Source: Hormiphora californensis (taxonomy: Eukaryota > Animalia > Ctenophora). From it: 64,000 nt of DNA. This document shows, piece after piece, positions 35,568 to 47,700 of the stretch. Position 1 is the first letter of the stretch. Every line of letters begins with the position of its first letter. The notes beneath the pieces were generated by a model, which was not told where the DNA came from, did no database searches, and worked only from the letters and a program-made list of their open reading frames with translations. The DNA lies in NCBI GenBank assembly GCA_020137815.1, contig CM035360.1, forward strand, positions 5,766,001-5,830,000, in the 5' to 3' direction. The translations under genes were made by a program, and so were the position numbers.

Positions 35568-36994
35568 GAAGGCGGCGAATCCACACCTGTTAAACAAGCC
35601 TCTTCCTCCCCATTGATGTAATTTTAAAATGATCAAGAGAATTGAGAAAAGGAACTAAGAAGTCAGAATATTGAGCGATACATTTAAAGCTAGTCTTTTG
35701 CATGCTAACATTTTCTCTTTTTCGGCAGGTCGGACCCCAAAAATTTCCTGTCCAGTTTTCATTTGGACGACAAGATTCACAGTACAGATTTTATTGAGAT
35801 ATGGATGCACTATGATAGTGACAGGAGTGGTTTTATGGAGCAAGATGAAGTGGCTGCATTCCTTACAGACCTCTTCAAGAAAAGTAATGAACCAACAACC
35901 CATGCATGAACAATTGCACACGAAGTTCTGGCCCATCCGACATAAACGTAGCGCGCGAGGGTCCTGTAGAGATGAAAATGCGCAGTTGAAATATCTCACG
36001 TTGTCAGAAAACTCCTCGCGCGTACATGTGTCAAGTCAGTTTGTCTGTCTGTCTGTCTGTCACGACCTCATTTCCCCTAGAAAACGGTGCAGTGGATGCG
36101 GAAATTGTCACACAGGCAGTTCAGCAGATTTTCCTGACATATGACTCCAATAATGATGGTCAGTTGTCCATGAACGAGCTTTACACCATCCTCGATGTCG
36201 AGGATTCGATATTCGGAGACGTGAGTATTTCCAGGAAGTTTTGACGCCAAAGAATTTATATTTTCAAACCTCTGTCACCATTTTTGAATGGATATCGATT
36301 CTTGTCGAATGTCACCCTTGCATTTCAAGACCCTTCACTTCACATTCACAATTTTGACTCTGAAAACACCAAACTGACCGGTCGACAGTCCTTGCCTAAC
36401 TTTCAGATGTCCAACATTGAGACGATGGATATTCCTGAATTTGATGCTCTTTTTAATCATTACGACAAATCAGGTACAGTCTATATCAACAGTCAAACTT
36501 TATCAGACTAATCTGAAATCAGAATGCTAATGGGTACGGACGGATTCAATTAAAATGGTTTCCCCGTCAGGTCAGGGATTTATAGACAGTGATGCTGCCC
36601 TTTTTGCGCTGATTAGCGACATGATGAGACATAATGGAGAGGAAGTGAACGCTCATGAGGTCCAGAGAGTTCGAAAAGCCGTCTTAGCAGTCTGTGATTC
36701 AGGTATAACACCGTGTAGACGAGTACAATAACTTCCTTCTTGAGCTAGCTATAAGAGGAAATCTGTACCCAATGCCACAGCACTAATAATAACCCAACTA
36801 CAACTAAACCCGCACCCCTCCCACCAGATGGCAACGGGAGGATAGATAAGAGTGAGTTACAGTTGGTACTAAAGGTGGCCAGTCAGGCAGTAAAACGACT
36901 TACAGACGAGGATTGGGACGGGCCACCGGAGGGGGCAAACAGTGGAAATTATAAACTTTCTTATGTCAGTGTACCAAGAACGGAAGAAAAATGA
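35568..36994 (+). CDS. Calbindin/calretinin/secretagogin-like EF-hand protein with four EF-hands (5' exon(s) uncertain)
   Basis: NFLSSFHLDDKIHSTDFIEIWMHYDSDRSGFMEQDE; YDSNNDGQLSMNEL; YDKSGQGFIDSD; CDSDGNGRIDKSELQLVL. Exons ~35568-35617, 35729-35883, 36081-36220, 36407-36472, 36571-36701, 36828-36994. Confidence 0.8.
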
Positions 36995-37333
36995 GTGCCG
37001 AGAGACACCGGGATATTGATATTGAATAGTGTGTGTGGTTAACGTGTTTGTCAGATTTTATTCACTAACTTCTTCTCCGAGAGAAAACCTATTGTCTCAA
37101 AAGATCAAATAAAGAGCGGCAGATTCAAGGCAATAAGAAATGTGAATTCACTTGTTTTTTGGTAACTGCCCTGACTATACCGCTCTTTTCAGTTCATTGG
37201 ATATCACATTTTTTTGGGATCAAAATAAATAAAATGGGGTAAAACTTTTTACATCTTTGTACAGTCACTATTCACATTTGGTGTCTAGACACATGTCTTT
37301 GGGTGTTCTTATGTGGGGTAAAAACATGTCCTT

Positions 37334-40300
37334 CTACAACTGCTCTGGGTACAAAACCTCCTCCTTCGCTGAGCTACCCGGCTGATTAGGAGGCATCTTG
37401 GGAAGTGAGCCCGTGTCACGCGGTGGGGGAGCATTGTAAATGTCACGCGGTGGGGTAGCAACATCACGCGTTGGAGGGGTTGTGTCACGCGTTGGAGGGA
37501 TGGGGTCACGCAGAGGTGGGTTGATGTTCCGAGGGGGTGGCGTGTCTCGAACCGCTGGTGTCTCATTTTGGGGAGATTGCTGTCTCTGGAGCTTGTCAAC
37601 AATAGCTCTCAGGTCTTGTAACTCTCTCCGGATCTCGTTAATGGCTTCCGAGTTCTCCTAAATTGGGGGACACATCGTTAGTTTAACTGACTACCCCATT
37701 ACAAAATAGCATAATAAAGTATCCCGCTTTTCTCTTGATCTACCGAACCCTCACACTTCACAGAGCGTGCTCACTGCTCACTGCTCACGCCTCACTCATT
37801 TTATGAGATAAAATGACGGTGTGAGCCAGAGCCCAGACAACCTTTCTCACCTTTATGGGGGTATCCCGCTCCTCAGCAGCAGTGCGGTATTTCTGGTCGA
37901 TCTGAGAGAGATATAGGGCGTGAGACTGTGAGTTGTAACATGCAGAGAGCCACCTACTGCAGGCCACAATAGAGGACTTCATTGGTCACATGCATGAAGT
38001 AAAATAGTACTACAACATGAACTATACTAAGACGCACAAGGTTTACTAATTTATCATCTGTAAGGCCAATCGATTGCAATCTGACAGCGGTTCTCGCGAA
38101 ATAAGAACATGGTCAGGCCAATGCTCTGACAGTCCATCATACCTTGGTATCGACAGCACATATCCTCTCCTCCAATAGGAATGACTGGTTGTTAGCATTA
38201 GCAACTGAACTCCTCACTGAGGCCATGTCAGCCTCGTGTGTCAGTCTGTCCATTTTAACAGAGACCTCTTCGTTTATTGTTATCAGATTGGATTTCCTGG
38301 TTGGAAGGGTGGAATGAGTAACTGTAGTTGTAAGGGCTGGAGGCAGGGGATATTAGTTGAATTGTTCATTATGAACTTCATACAGTGTCGGGTGACTCAA
38401 GATATTAGATGCGAAAAGCTAGAGTTGTTAGAGGTTGGATATTATATATTAGGGATTGGATGATAGCTTCATGAGGAGGAAATGAGTTGGATGAGTTGTT
38501 AGAGACTAGATAGGCCATAGAAACAGCAGCAGTACGTGTGGTCTACTACTTTACCTTGTGTCTATCTCTGCATTTAGCTGCTGTTCAACATTGTCCATCT
38601 GAGATCTGAGGACCTCTAGAACCTCCCCCATCTGGGTGGTACGGGAGTCTACAATAGTCTCTGCAATCACCTCTATCTGCAGGGGGGATATTGTGAGGTT
38701 TAACACTGTGATAACTGCAGTAGTTCTGAATGCTTCAGTCACTGGCTAAGTTGAACCGTTCGTTCACAGAGACAGTACGAACAGTACAATGACTAAGGGC
38801 CTAACCAACCGCTTGGTCAGTTTCACAGTATCATTCCCTATCTACAAATTAGTAATGCTAATGGCATAATGACCCACCTGTTCCTGAGTCTCCTCTACCT
38901 TCACATCTATCTGCTGAGTCATCTCAACCCTGAGTTCCCCAACCGCTGCCATTACCACACCCTCTGATTCTTTTACCTAGGGAGAGAGGTAAAGGGTGAT
39001 ACAGAGAGGGTGAGGGAGGTAGAGGGTGATACAGAGAGTGGGTTAGAGGGGTGAGGTAGGGGAGAGAGGGGTGAGACAGAGAGTGGGTTAGAGGGGTGAG
39101 GTAGGGGAGAGAGGGGTGAGACAGAGAGTGGGTTAGAGGGGTGAGGTAGGGGAGAGAGGGGTGAGACAGAGAGTGGGTTAGAGGGGTGAGGTAGGGGAGA
39201 GAGGGGTGAGGGAGGTAGAGGGAAGGACGGGGAGACAGATAGAGGGATGTTAATTTCCATAGCAACAAGTGTAAATTGAAATCCCCCAAAATAAACCTTA
39301 GTTTCCAGAAGGTCCTGTAACTGAAAGGTAGCTTGTCTGCTCTCCTCTATCTCTCCATTAAGTTTCATCTCCAGCATCCCCAACTCCTCCTTCAGAATTC
39401 CTTGAATCTGAGAATGAACATCATTTGAGATGTAAAATGCAGTAAATCCACCATGACCATGTGTGTCAGGGAATGAGTGGGAGAGAGCGCGCTCACTGAT
39501 TGCTTTTATTGTTAGACTGGCATCGCGCGCGCTCATTGTGAGTTTTAATGGAACCTTTCCAGCTCCACAGAACAACACAATCATGAACATGACCCCCCCC
39601 CCCCCCAACCCCCCCCCCTCCGAACATGATGATGATCACATAAGATGGTCACATGCCTTGCTCGACCCTGTTTCACCGCACCCACACCAATATAATTGAG
39701 GGTATAGAGGGTATAGAGGGTATTAAGGGTAAAGGGTATAGAGGGTATAGAGGGTATTAAGGGTACACCTCGGCAAAATTTTTGTCGAGTGCCCGCTTAG
39801 CTCTCCATATGGGGTTGTAGGGCATACCAAGCCGACCTCAAATATGCAATTTTAGCCCTTAACTCGAATTCATATTTTTGCTACAGCCCCTCAAAGTTTG
39901 ACCCTAAAAACCGGTTTTTAAGGTCCCTAAATTTTATTTTTAGGGCTAGAAAGCTGAAAATTTAGGGATTCATAGAGGATACCAAGGTGTATAGCTCAAA
40001 CAGAAATTTTTTGAAATGGAGCTCAATTTTTTGTCTGAGACTATTTTACTTTTTTTGACTTTGAGGCCATATTTGGACATGTTCCTATGGACCGTTAAAG
40101 CTAAAAATTGGATATTTGGTGCTCCTAACAATTGTCAAAGTAGCCACAAATTTTCAGGAGGTCCGAATTTGAAATGTGGCCTACAGGTTTCTTTTTGTAA
40201 AGCACATATTTTAGGAAAACTTAAAATGGCTATATCTCAAAAACGGTAGGTCCTAGCGATCTAATTTCGTGCTAAATCGATTCAGCGGGTCCGATTTTGG

Positions 40301-41667
40301 GGGGGGGGTCGTCTCTTAGACATTTTGCTCTAAGTCTAACCGTTTTTTCAGAAATCGTATTTTAAGGTTTGTACATGTTTAGCAGAAATGCTTCTAGCTA
40401 GAGCTAATCTTACCTATTTCTGCTAAACATGTACAAACCTTAAAATACGATTTCTGAAAAAACGGTTAGACTTAGAGCAAAATGTCTAAGAGACGACCCC
40501 CCCCAAAATCGGACCCGCTGAATCGATTTAGCACGAAATTAGATCGCTAGGACCTACCGTTTTTGAGATATAGCCATTTTAAGTTTTCCTAAAATATGTG
40601 CTTTACAAAAAGAAACCTGTAGGCCACATTTCAAATTCGGACCTCCTGAAAATTTGTGGCTACTTTGACAATTGTTAGGAGCACCAAATATCCAATTTTT
40701 AGCCTTAACGGTCCATAGGAACATGTCCAAATATGGCCTCAAAGTCAAAAAAAGTAAAATAGTCTCAGACAAAAAATTGAGCTCCATTTCAAAAAATTTC
40801 TGTTTGAGCTATACACCTTGGTATCCTCTATGAATCCCTAAATTTTCAGCTTTCTAGCCCTAAAAATAAAATTTAGGGACCTTAAAAACCGGTTTTTAGG
40901 GTCAAACTTTGAGGGGCTGTAGCAAAAATATGAATTCGAGTTAAGGGCTAAAATTGCATATTTGAGGTCGGCTTGGTATGCCCTACAACCCCATATGGAG
41001 AGCTAAGCGGGCACTCGACAAAAATTTTGCCGAGGTGTACCCTTAAGGGTATAGAGGGTATAAATGGTATAGAGGGTATAGAGGGTATTAAGGGTATAGA
41101 GGGCTAGAACATGACATAAATTCTATCAGATAAGGAATCTTCACCCCCAGTCTTATATTTTGACATCTCAATAACCAAATGATTGTCAATAGAATACAAT
41201 GCGTTGTATGGAGCCTTAACCGATGAATATTAATTAGGCTTTCACCTCATTGTCTAACTACCAGACCCAGTTCAGTCTTTATATGTATTAGCCCTAGATT
41301 CTTCCCCTCTTTTTAAAGAGAGAACCATCGCTTGGCATCTAGTTTCCCAATTTATCTTGTTCAGCCCTACTATTATTTTGTACTAGTCGTGTACTAGTGG
41401 ACTGAAGACACTTGTTGTTGCTCAACAAGAAGGCACGGGGGATAAACTGGTGGGGGGATTACGCCTAGAGCCGGTGTCATGCGATATCATTAGTCAGGAC
41501 TATTAATAACTAGGGGGTTGGGTAGTGGCTACTTTACTAAGACAGACCGGTGTGACTCTGTGAGGGTTAAGTGATCTAACAACATAGCTCGAACGATAAA
41601 TAGCTTAACACCAGTTTGTGCTTATCCACGTGAGTCCCCACTTTCCTTCCTCCCTCTCCCTCTATCC

Positions 41668-41730
<63 letters not shown>

Positions 41731-44700
41731 TCTCTCAATCTATTTCTCTCTCTCTCTGTGCCTTTCTGATAAGGTGTGCACGTGTTTTCCCAGTTTAACG
41801 CCCAGTTGTCGAGCCCCCTAGCTACTATAACAACACTGAACACACTCTTATGTTATAGTTCAGAAATGTACGTTGTTTGTTATCTGGTTCTGGTTACAGC
41901 TTTAGCTAACCCAGGTTAGTAAATAGTAATTAAATTAATTTAATATTAAGAAGTATTAAAAATAGTCAAAGCAACTTAGGAAAGCTTCTTTTTAATTCAC
42001 GATATCTTTCTACATAGGCTATTGCACTTCGCCGATACAGCTACAAAGGTGTGATGGTTTAGGATTTGAAGGAGAGTCAACTCAAACAGCAAGCTCTACT
42101 TATGACTCTTGTGCAGCTCTATGCACTGCTCCAGTCGAAGGTAAAATATTGCCAATATCATGTTGCACAACAACTGAACAGTTGTCATACCACCCTGTAT
42201 TCAACATTTAGTGGACACATGAGAGTTATTGGAGTATGTTTGGATAATGAGCCATGCAAATCCAACTTCCACTACTTGTTGAGAACACAAAAAACTTTTA
42301 ACCAATTCCTTGCCAGGCTGTACACTGGAGGATGAATTATGCAAGATCTTTACATCGATCACCGACAAATATTATTCAAAAGGAGTAGTGTCAGCCAGCA
42401 GTAATTGCAAAGGTTCGTACTCAATCAATATAATCCTATTAGTTATTTATTCAAGTTAGCTGATTTAGTAATTATATGGGGGAAGGACATCCCCAGATCA
42501 CCCTTTTGAGGCTGTTTTTCTTCTTCTTTTTTCACCCCCGGGGTAACACACTAATTCATTTAGATTCCTTTGTGGATCTAGTACCAACACTGGGAACTGT
42601 CGTCACCTCCGGATCAACAACGATAGTATCGTTTCCAAGGCCAATATTCGTCCACAGTATCGTAACTGACTCAGGAAGTTTTACATCAACAATCAACGAG
42701 TATAAGGGAGTTCCCACTGAGGATGTTGGAGTTGTCGGGAGTGAGATAACAATTAGCCCCATCACATCTGTGATTCAGGTGTTTGCACAAGGTAATTAAA
42801 ATTCTTTATATTATATTTATTTAGGAATAAGCAATACAAACTTCATATAAATAAAATAAAATTATATTTCAGAAATCAAGATGAACGTTGACCCTCGAGG
42901 TGTGAATATTCCCTTCTTGTTTGACCGAACTCCGCTAGTGATCTACACCTCTCAAGAGAATGGAAAATCATGGTTTAAGGGTTTATACGAGAATGTTTCT
43001 CCACTAATATCTCAAGGAGAGGACTATACTTCGTTTGCTTGGCAATATGGTCCCGGGACAGGCACGGTATGGATTGGAACTCATCACACGGGTTATCAAG
43101 GCCCAATGATAAACGTTCCAAATGCAATCGACAAGATTTGGAAAGCCTACAAACTGCGGACCAAGCTTGTTATTGAATGCAACAACGTTCTGGTGTACGA
43201 AATCCATTTCAAAGACTTCTTCGATACTGGGAATATTACACAAAGAAGCATGAAGGATTGGCTACAAGTAATAACACATATTAAGTTTTCAAATTTTGAT
43301 TATGGAGCTTTCGAAAACTCGGATTATTTTGCAGCCGGAGGTAAGACTTTAATTTTTCATTATTGTTTGTGCCTCCCACTTCCGACCCTCAGCTGCTTTT
43401 TGGGTACAATTAAATCTTACCCCTTCTCTCTCCCTCAGATAACTGTTACGCTGGATACTATCTTGTTGAGAAAGAGGGTTGTTTTGAGTGTCCTGGAAAT
43501 ACCTATAGTACCTCTGGAGTAACCTGCACCCCCTGTCCATCCTCCACACCAATCTCCCCTCCCGGTTCAACCTCACCACTCAACTGTACCACAAACCTCG
43601 GTATGATATAAGCACTAGAATCTTGGAATGACATGCCTCAACCTTTTTATTTCTAACCTATGACACAAAAACGTAATATTATTTATTAACTATAGCTAAT
43701 TATGTTGTTTCCAGAGTACGAGATATCCGTGCAGGGTTGTCTAGGCAACGACAACAGCGACTTGACCAACAAACCTGGACACATGTTCGATGGGAATGAA
43801 GAGACTTATTATGGTTCTACAGTAAGCAGCCCAGAGATGACGGTGTATTTTGGGTATACTACCAGTGTGAACAGAGTTAGGGTGTTGTTCACAACAGCTA
43901 ATGCAGCACAGGGTAACACTGTTAGTGTGGTGGAAGAGGATGGTGATCTGGTTACCTGTCCCTCCCCTCAGGGTAAATAATTAATTAATTAATGTCTAAT
44001 AAGGAGGGTCAAAATGGGAAAGTTTCTTAGAGATAAGGTGGGTCAAAGTGGGAAAGTTTCTTAGAGATAAGGTGGGTCAAAGTGGGAAAGTTTCTTAGAG
44101 ATAAGGAGGGTCAAAGTGGGAAAGTTTCTTAGAGATAAGGAGGGTCAAAGTGGGAAAGTTTCTTAGAGATAAGGAGGGTCAAAGTGGGAAAGTTTCTTAG
44201 ATATAAGGAGGGTCAAAATGGGAAAGTTTCTTAGAGATAAGGAGGGTCAAAGTGGGAAAGTTTCTTAGAGATAAGGAGGGTCAAAGTGGGAAAGTTTCTT
44301 AGAGATAAGGAGGTTCAAAGTAGGAAAGTTTCTTAGGGATAAGGTGGGTCAAAGTGGGAAAGTTGCTTAGGGATAAGGAGGGTCAAAGTGGGAAAGTTTC
44401 TTAGAGATAAGGGGGGTCAAAGTGGGAAAGTTTCTAAGAGATAAGGAGGTTCAAAAGGGGAAAGTTTCTTAGAGATAAGGAGGGTCAAAGTGGGAAAGTT
44501 TCTTAGAGATAATGAGGTTCAAAGTGGGAAAGTTTCTTAGAGATAAGGAGGGTCAAAGTGGGAAAGTTTCTTAGAGATAAGGAGGGTCAAAGTGAGAAAG
44601 TTTCTTAGAGATAAGGAGGGTCAAAGTGGGAAAGTTTCTTAGAGATAAGGAGGGTCAAAGTGGGAAAGTTTCTTAGAGATAAGGAGGGTCAAAGTGGGAA

Positions 44701-47700
44701 AGTTTCTTAGAGATAAGGAGGGTCAAAGTGGGAAAATTTCTTAGAGATAAGGAGGGTCAAAGTGGGAAAGTTTCTTAGAGATAAGGAGGGTCAAAGTTGG
44801 AAAGTTTCTTAGAGATAAGGAGGGTCAAAGTGGGAAAATTTCTTAGAGATAAGGAGGGTCAAAGTGGGAAAGTTTCTTAGAGATAAGGAGGGTCAAAGTT
44901 GGAAAGTTTCTTAGAGATAAGGAGGTTCAAAGTGGGAAAGTTTCTTAGAGATAATGTGGGTCAAAGTGGGAAAGTTTCTTAGAGATAAGGAGGGTCAAAG
45001 TGGGAAAGTTTCTTAGAGATAAGGAGGGTCAAAGTGGGAAAGTTTCTTAGAGATAAGGAGGGTCAAAGTGGGAAAGTTTCTTAGAGATAAGGAGGTTTAA
45101 AGTGGGAAAGTTTCTTAGAGATAAGGTGAGTCAAAGTGGGAAAGTTTCTTAGAGATAAGGAGGGTCAAAGTGGGAAAGTTTCTTAGAGATAAGGAGGGTC
45201 ACAGTGGGAAATTTTCTTAGAGATAAGGAGGGTCAAAGTGGGAAAGTTTCTTAGAGATAAGGAGGGTCAAAGTAGGAAAGTTTCTTAGAGATAAGGAGGT
45301 TCAAAGTGGGAAAGTTTCTTAGAGATAAGGTGGGTCAAAGTGGGAAAGTTTCTTAGAGATAAGGAGGTTCAAAGTGGGAAAGTTTCTTAGAGATAATGTG
45401 GGTCAAAGTGGGAAAGTTTCTTAGAGATAAGGAGGGTCAAAGTGGGAAAGTTTCTTAGAGATAAGGAGGGTCAAAGTGGGAAAGTTTCTTAGAGATAAGG
45501 AGGGTCAAAGTGGGAAAGTTTCTTAGAGATAAGGAGGTTCAAAGTGGGAAAGTTTCTTAGAGATAAGGAGGGTCAAAGTGGGAAAGTTTCTTAGAGATAA
45601 GGATGGTCAAAGTGGGAAAGTTTCTTAGAGATAAGGAGGGTCGAAGTGGGAAAGTTTCTTAGAGATAAGGAGGGTCAAAGTGGGAAAGTTTCTTAGAGAT
45701 AAGGAGGGTCAAAGTGGGAAAGTTTCTTAGAGATAAGGAGGGTCAAAGTGGGAAAGTTTCTTAGAGATAAGGAGGGTCAAAGTGGGAAAGTTTCTTAGAG
45801 ATAAGGAGGGTCAAAGTTGGAAAGTTTCTTAGAGATAAGGAGGTTCAAAGTGGGAAAGTTTCTTAGAGATAATGTGGGTCAAAGTGGGAAAGTTTCTTAG
45901 AGATAATGAGGGTCAAAGTGGGAAAGTTTCTTAGAGATAAGGAGGTTCAAAGTGGGAAAGTTTCTTAGAGATAAGGTGAGTCAAAGTGGGAAAGTTTCTT
46001 AGAGATAAGGAGGGTCAAAGTGGTAAAGTTTCTTAGAGATAAGGAAGGGTCACAGTGGGAAAGTTTCTTAGAGATAAGGAGGGTCAAAGTAGGAAAGTTT
46101 CTTAGAGATAAGGAGGGTCAAAGTGGGAAAGTTTCTTAGAGATAAGGAGGGTCAAAGTGGGAAAGTTTCTTAGAGATAAGGAGGGTCAAAGTGGGAAAGT
46201 TTCTTAGAGATAAGGAGGGTCAAAGTGGGAAAGTTTCTTAGAGATAAGGAGGGTCAAAGTGGGAAAGTTTCTTAGAGATAAGGAGGGTCAAAGTGGGAAA
46301 GTTTCTTAGAGATAAGGAGGGTCAAAGTGGGAAAATTTCTTAGAGATAAGGAGGGTCAAAGTGGGAAAGTTTCTTAGAGATAAGGAGGGTCAAAGTTGGA
46401 AAGTTTCTTAGAGATAAGGAGGTTCAAAGTGGGAAAGTTTCTTAGAGATAATGTGGGTCAAAGTGGGAAAGTTTCTTAGAGATAAGGAGGGTCAAAGTGG
46501 GAAAGTTTCTTAGAGATAAGGAGGGTCAAAGTGGGAAAGTTTCTTAGAGATAAGGAGGGTCAAAGTGGGAAAGTTTCTTAGAGATAAGGAGGTTTAAAGT
46601 GGGAAAGTTTCTTAGAGATAAGGTGAGTCAAAGTGGGAAAGTTTCTTAGAGATAAGGAGGGTCAAAGTGGGAAAGTTTCTTAGAGATAAGGAGGGTCACA
46701 GTGGGAAATTTTCTTAGAGATAAGGAGGGTCAAAGTGGGAAAGTTTCTTAGAGATAAGGAGGGTCAAAGTAGGAAAGTTTCTTAGAGATAAGGAGGTTCA
46801 AAGTGGGAAAGTTTCTTAGAGATAAGGTGGGTCAAAGTGGGAAAGTTTCTTAGAGATAAGGAGGTTCAAAGTGGGAAAGTTTCTTAGAGATAATGTGGGT
46901 CAAAGTGGGAAAGTTTCTTAGAGATAAGGAGGGTCAAAGTGGGAAAGTTTCTTAGAGATAAGGAGGGTCAAAGTGGGAAAGTTTCTTAGAGATAAGGAGG
47001 GTCAAAGTGGGAAAGTTTCTTAGAGATAAGGAGGTTCAAAGTGGGAAAGTTTCTTAGAGATAAGGAGGGTCAAAGTGGGAAAGTTTCTTAGAGATAAGGA
47101 TGGTCAAAGTGGGAAAGTTTCTTAGAGATAAGGAGGGTCGAAGTGGGAAAGTTTCTTAGAGATAAGGAGGGTCAAAGTGGGAAAGTTTCTTAGAGATAAG
47201 GAGGGTCAAAGTGGGAAAGTTTCTTAGAGATAAGGAGGGTCAAAGTGGGAAAGTTTCTTAGAGATAAGGAGGGTCAAAGTGGGAAAGTTTCTTAGAGATA
47301 AGGAGGGTCAAAGTTGGAAAGTTTCTTAGAGATAAGGAGGTTCAAAGTGGGAAAGTTTCTTAGAGATAATGTGGGTCAAAGTGGGAAAGTTTCTTAGAGA
47401 TAATGAGGGTCAAAGTGGGAAAGTTTCTTAGAGATAAGGAGGTTCAAAGTGGGAAAGTTTCTTAGAGATAAGGTGAGTCAAAGTGGGAAAGTTTCTTAGA
47501 GATAAGGAGGGTCAAAGTGGTAAAGTTTCTTAGAGATAAGGAGGGTCACAGTGGGAAAGTTTCTTAGAGATAAGGAGGGTCAAAGTAGGAAAGTTTCTTA
47601 GAGATAAGGAGGTTCAAAGTGGGAAAGTTTCTTAGAGATAAGGTGGGTCAAAGTGGGAAAGTTTCTTAGAGATAAGGAGGGTCAAAGTGGGAAAGTTTCT

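Noticed and set aside
40016-40787. Twin identical 77-aa ORFs on opposite strands
   Set aside because: They are a by-product of the palindromic MITE arms and show no protein motif.
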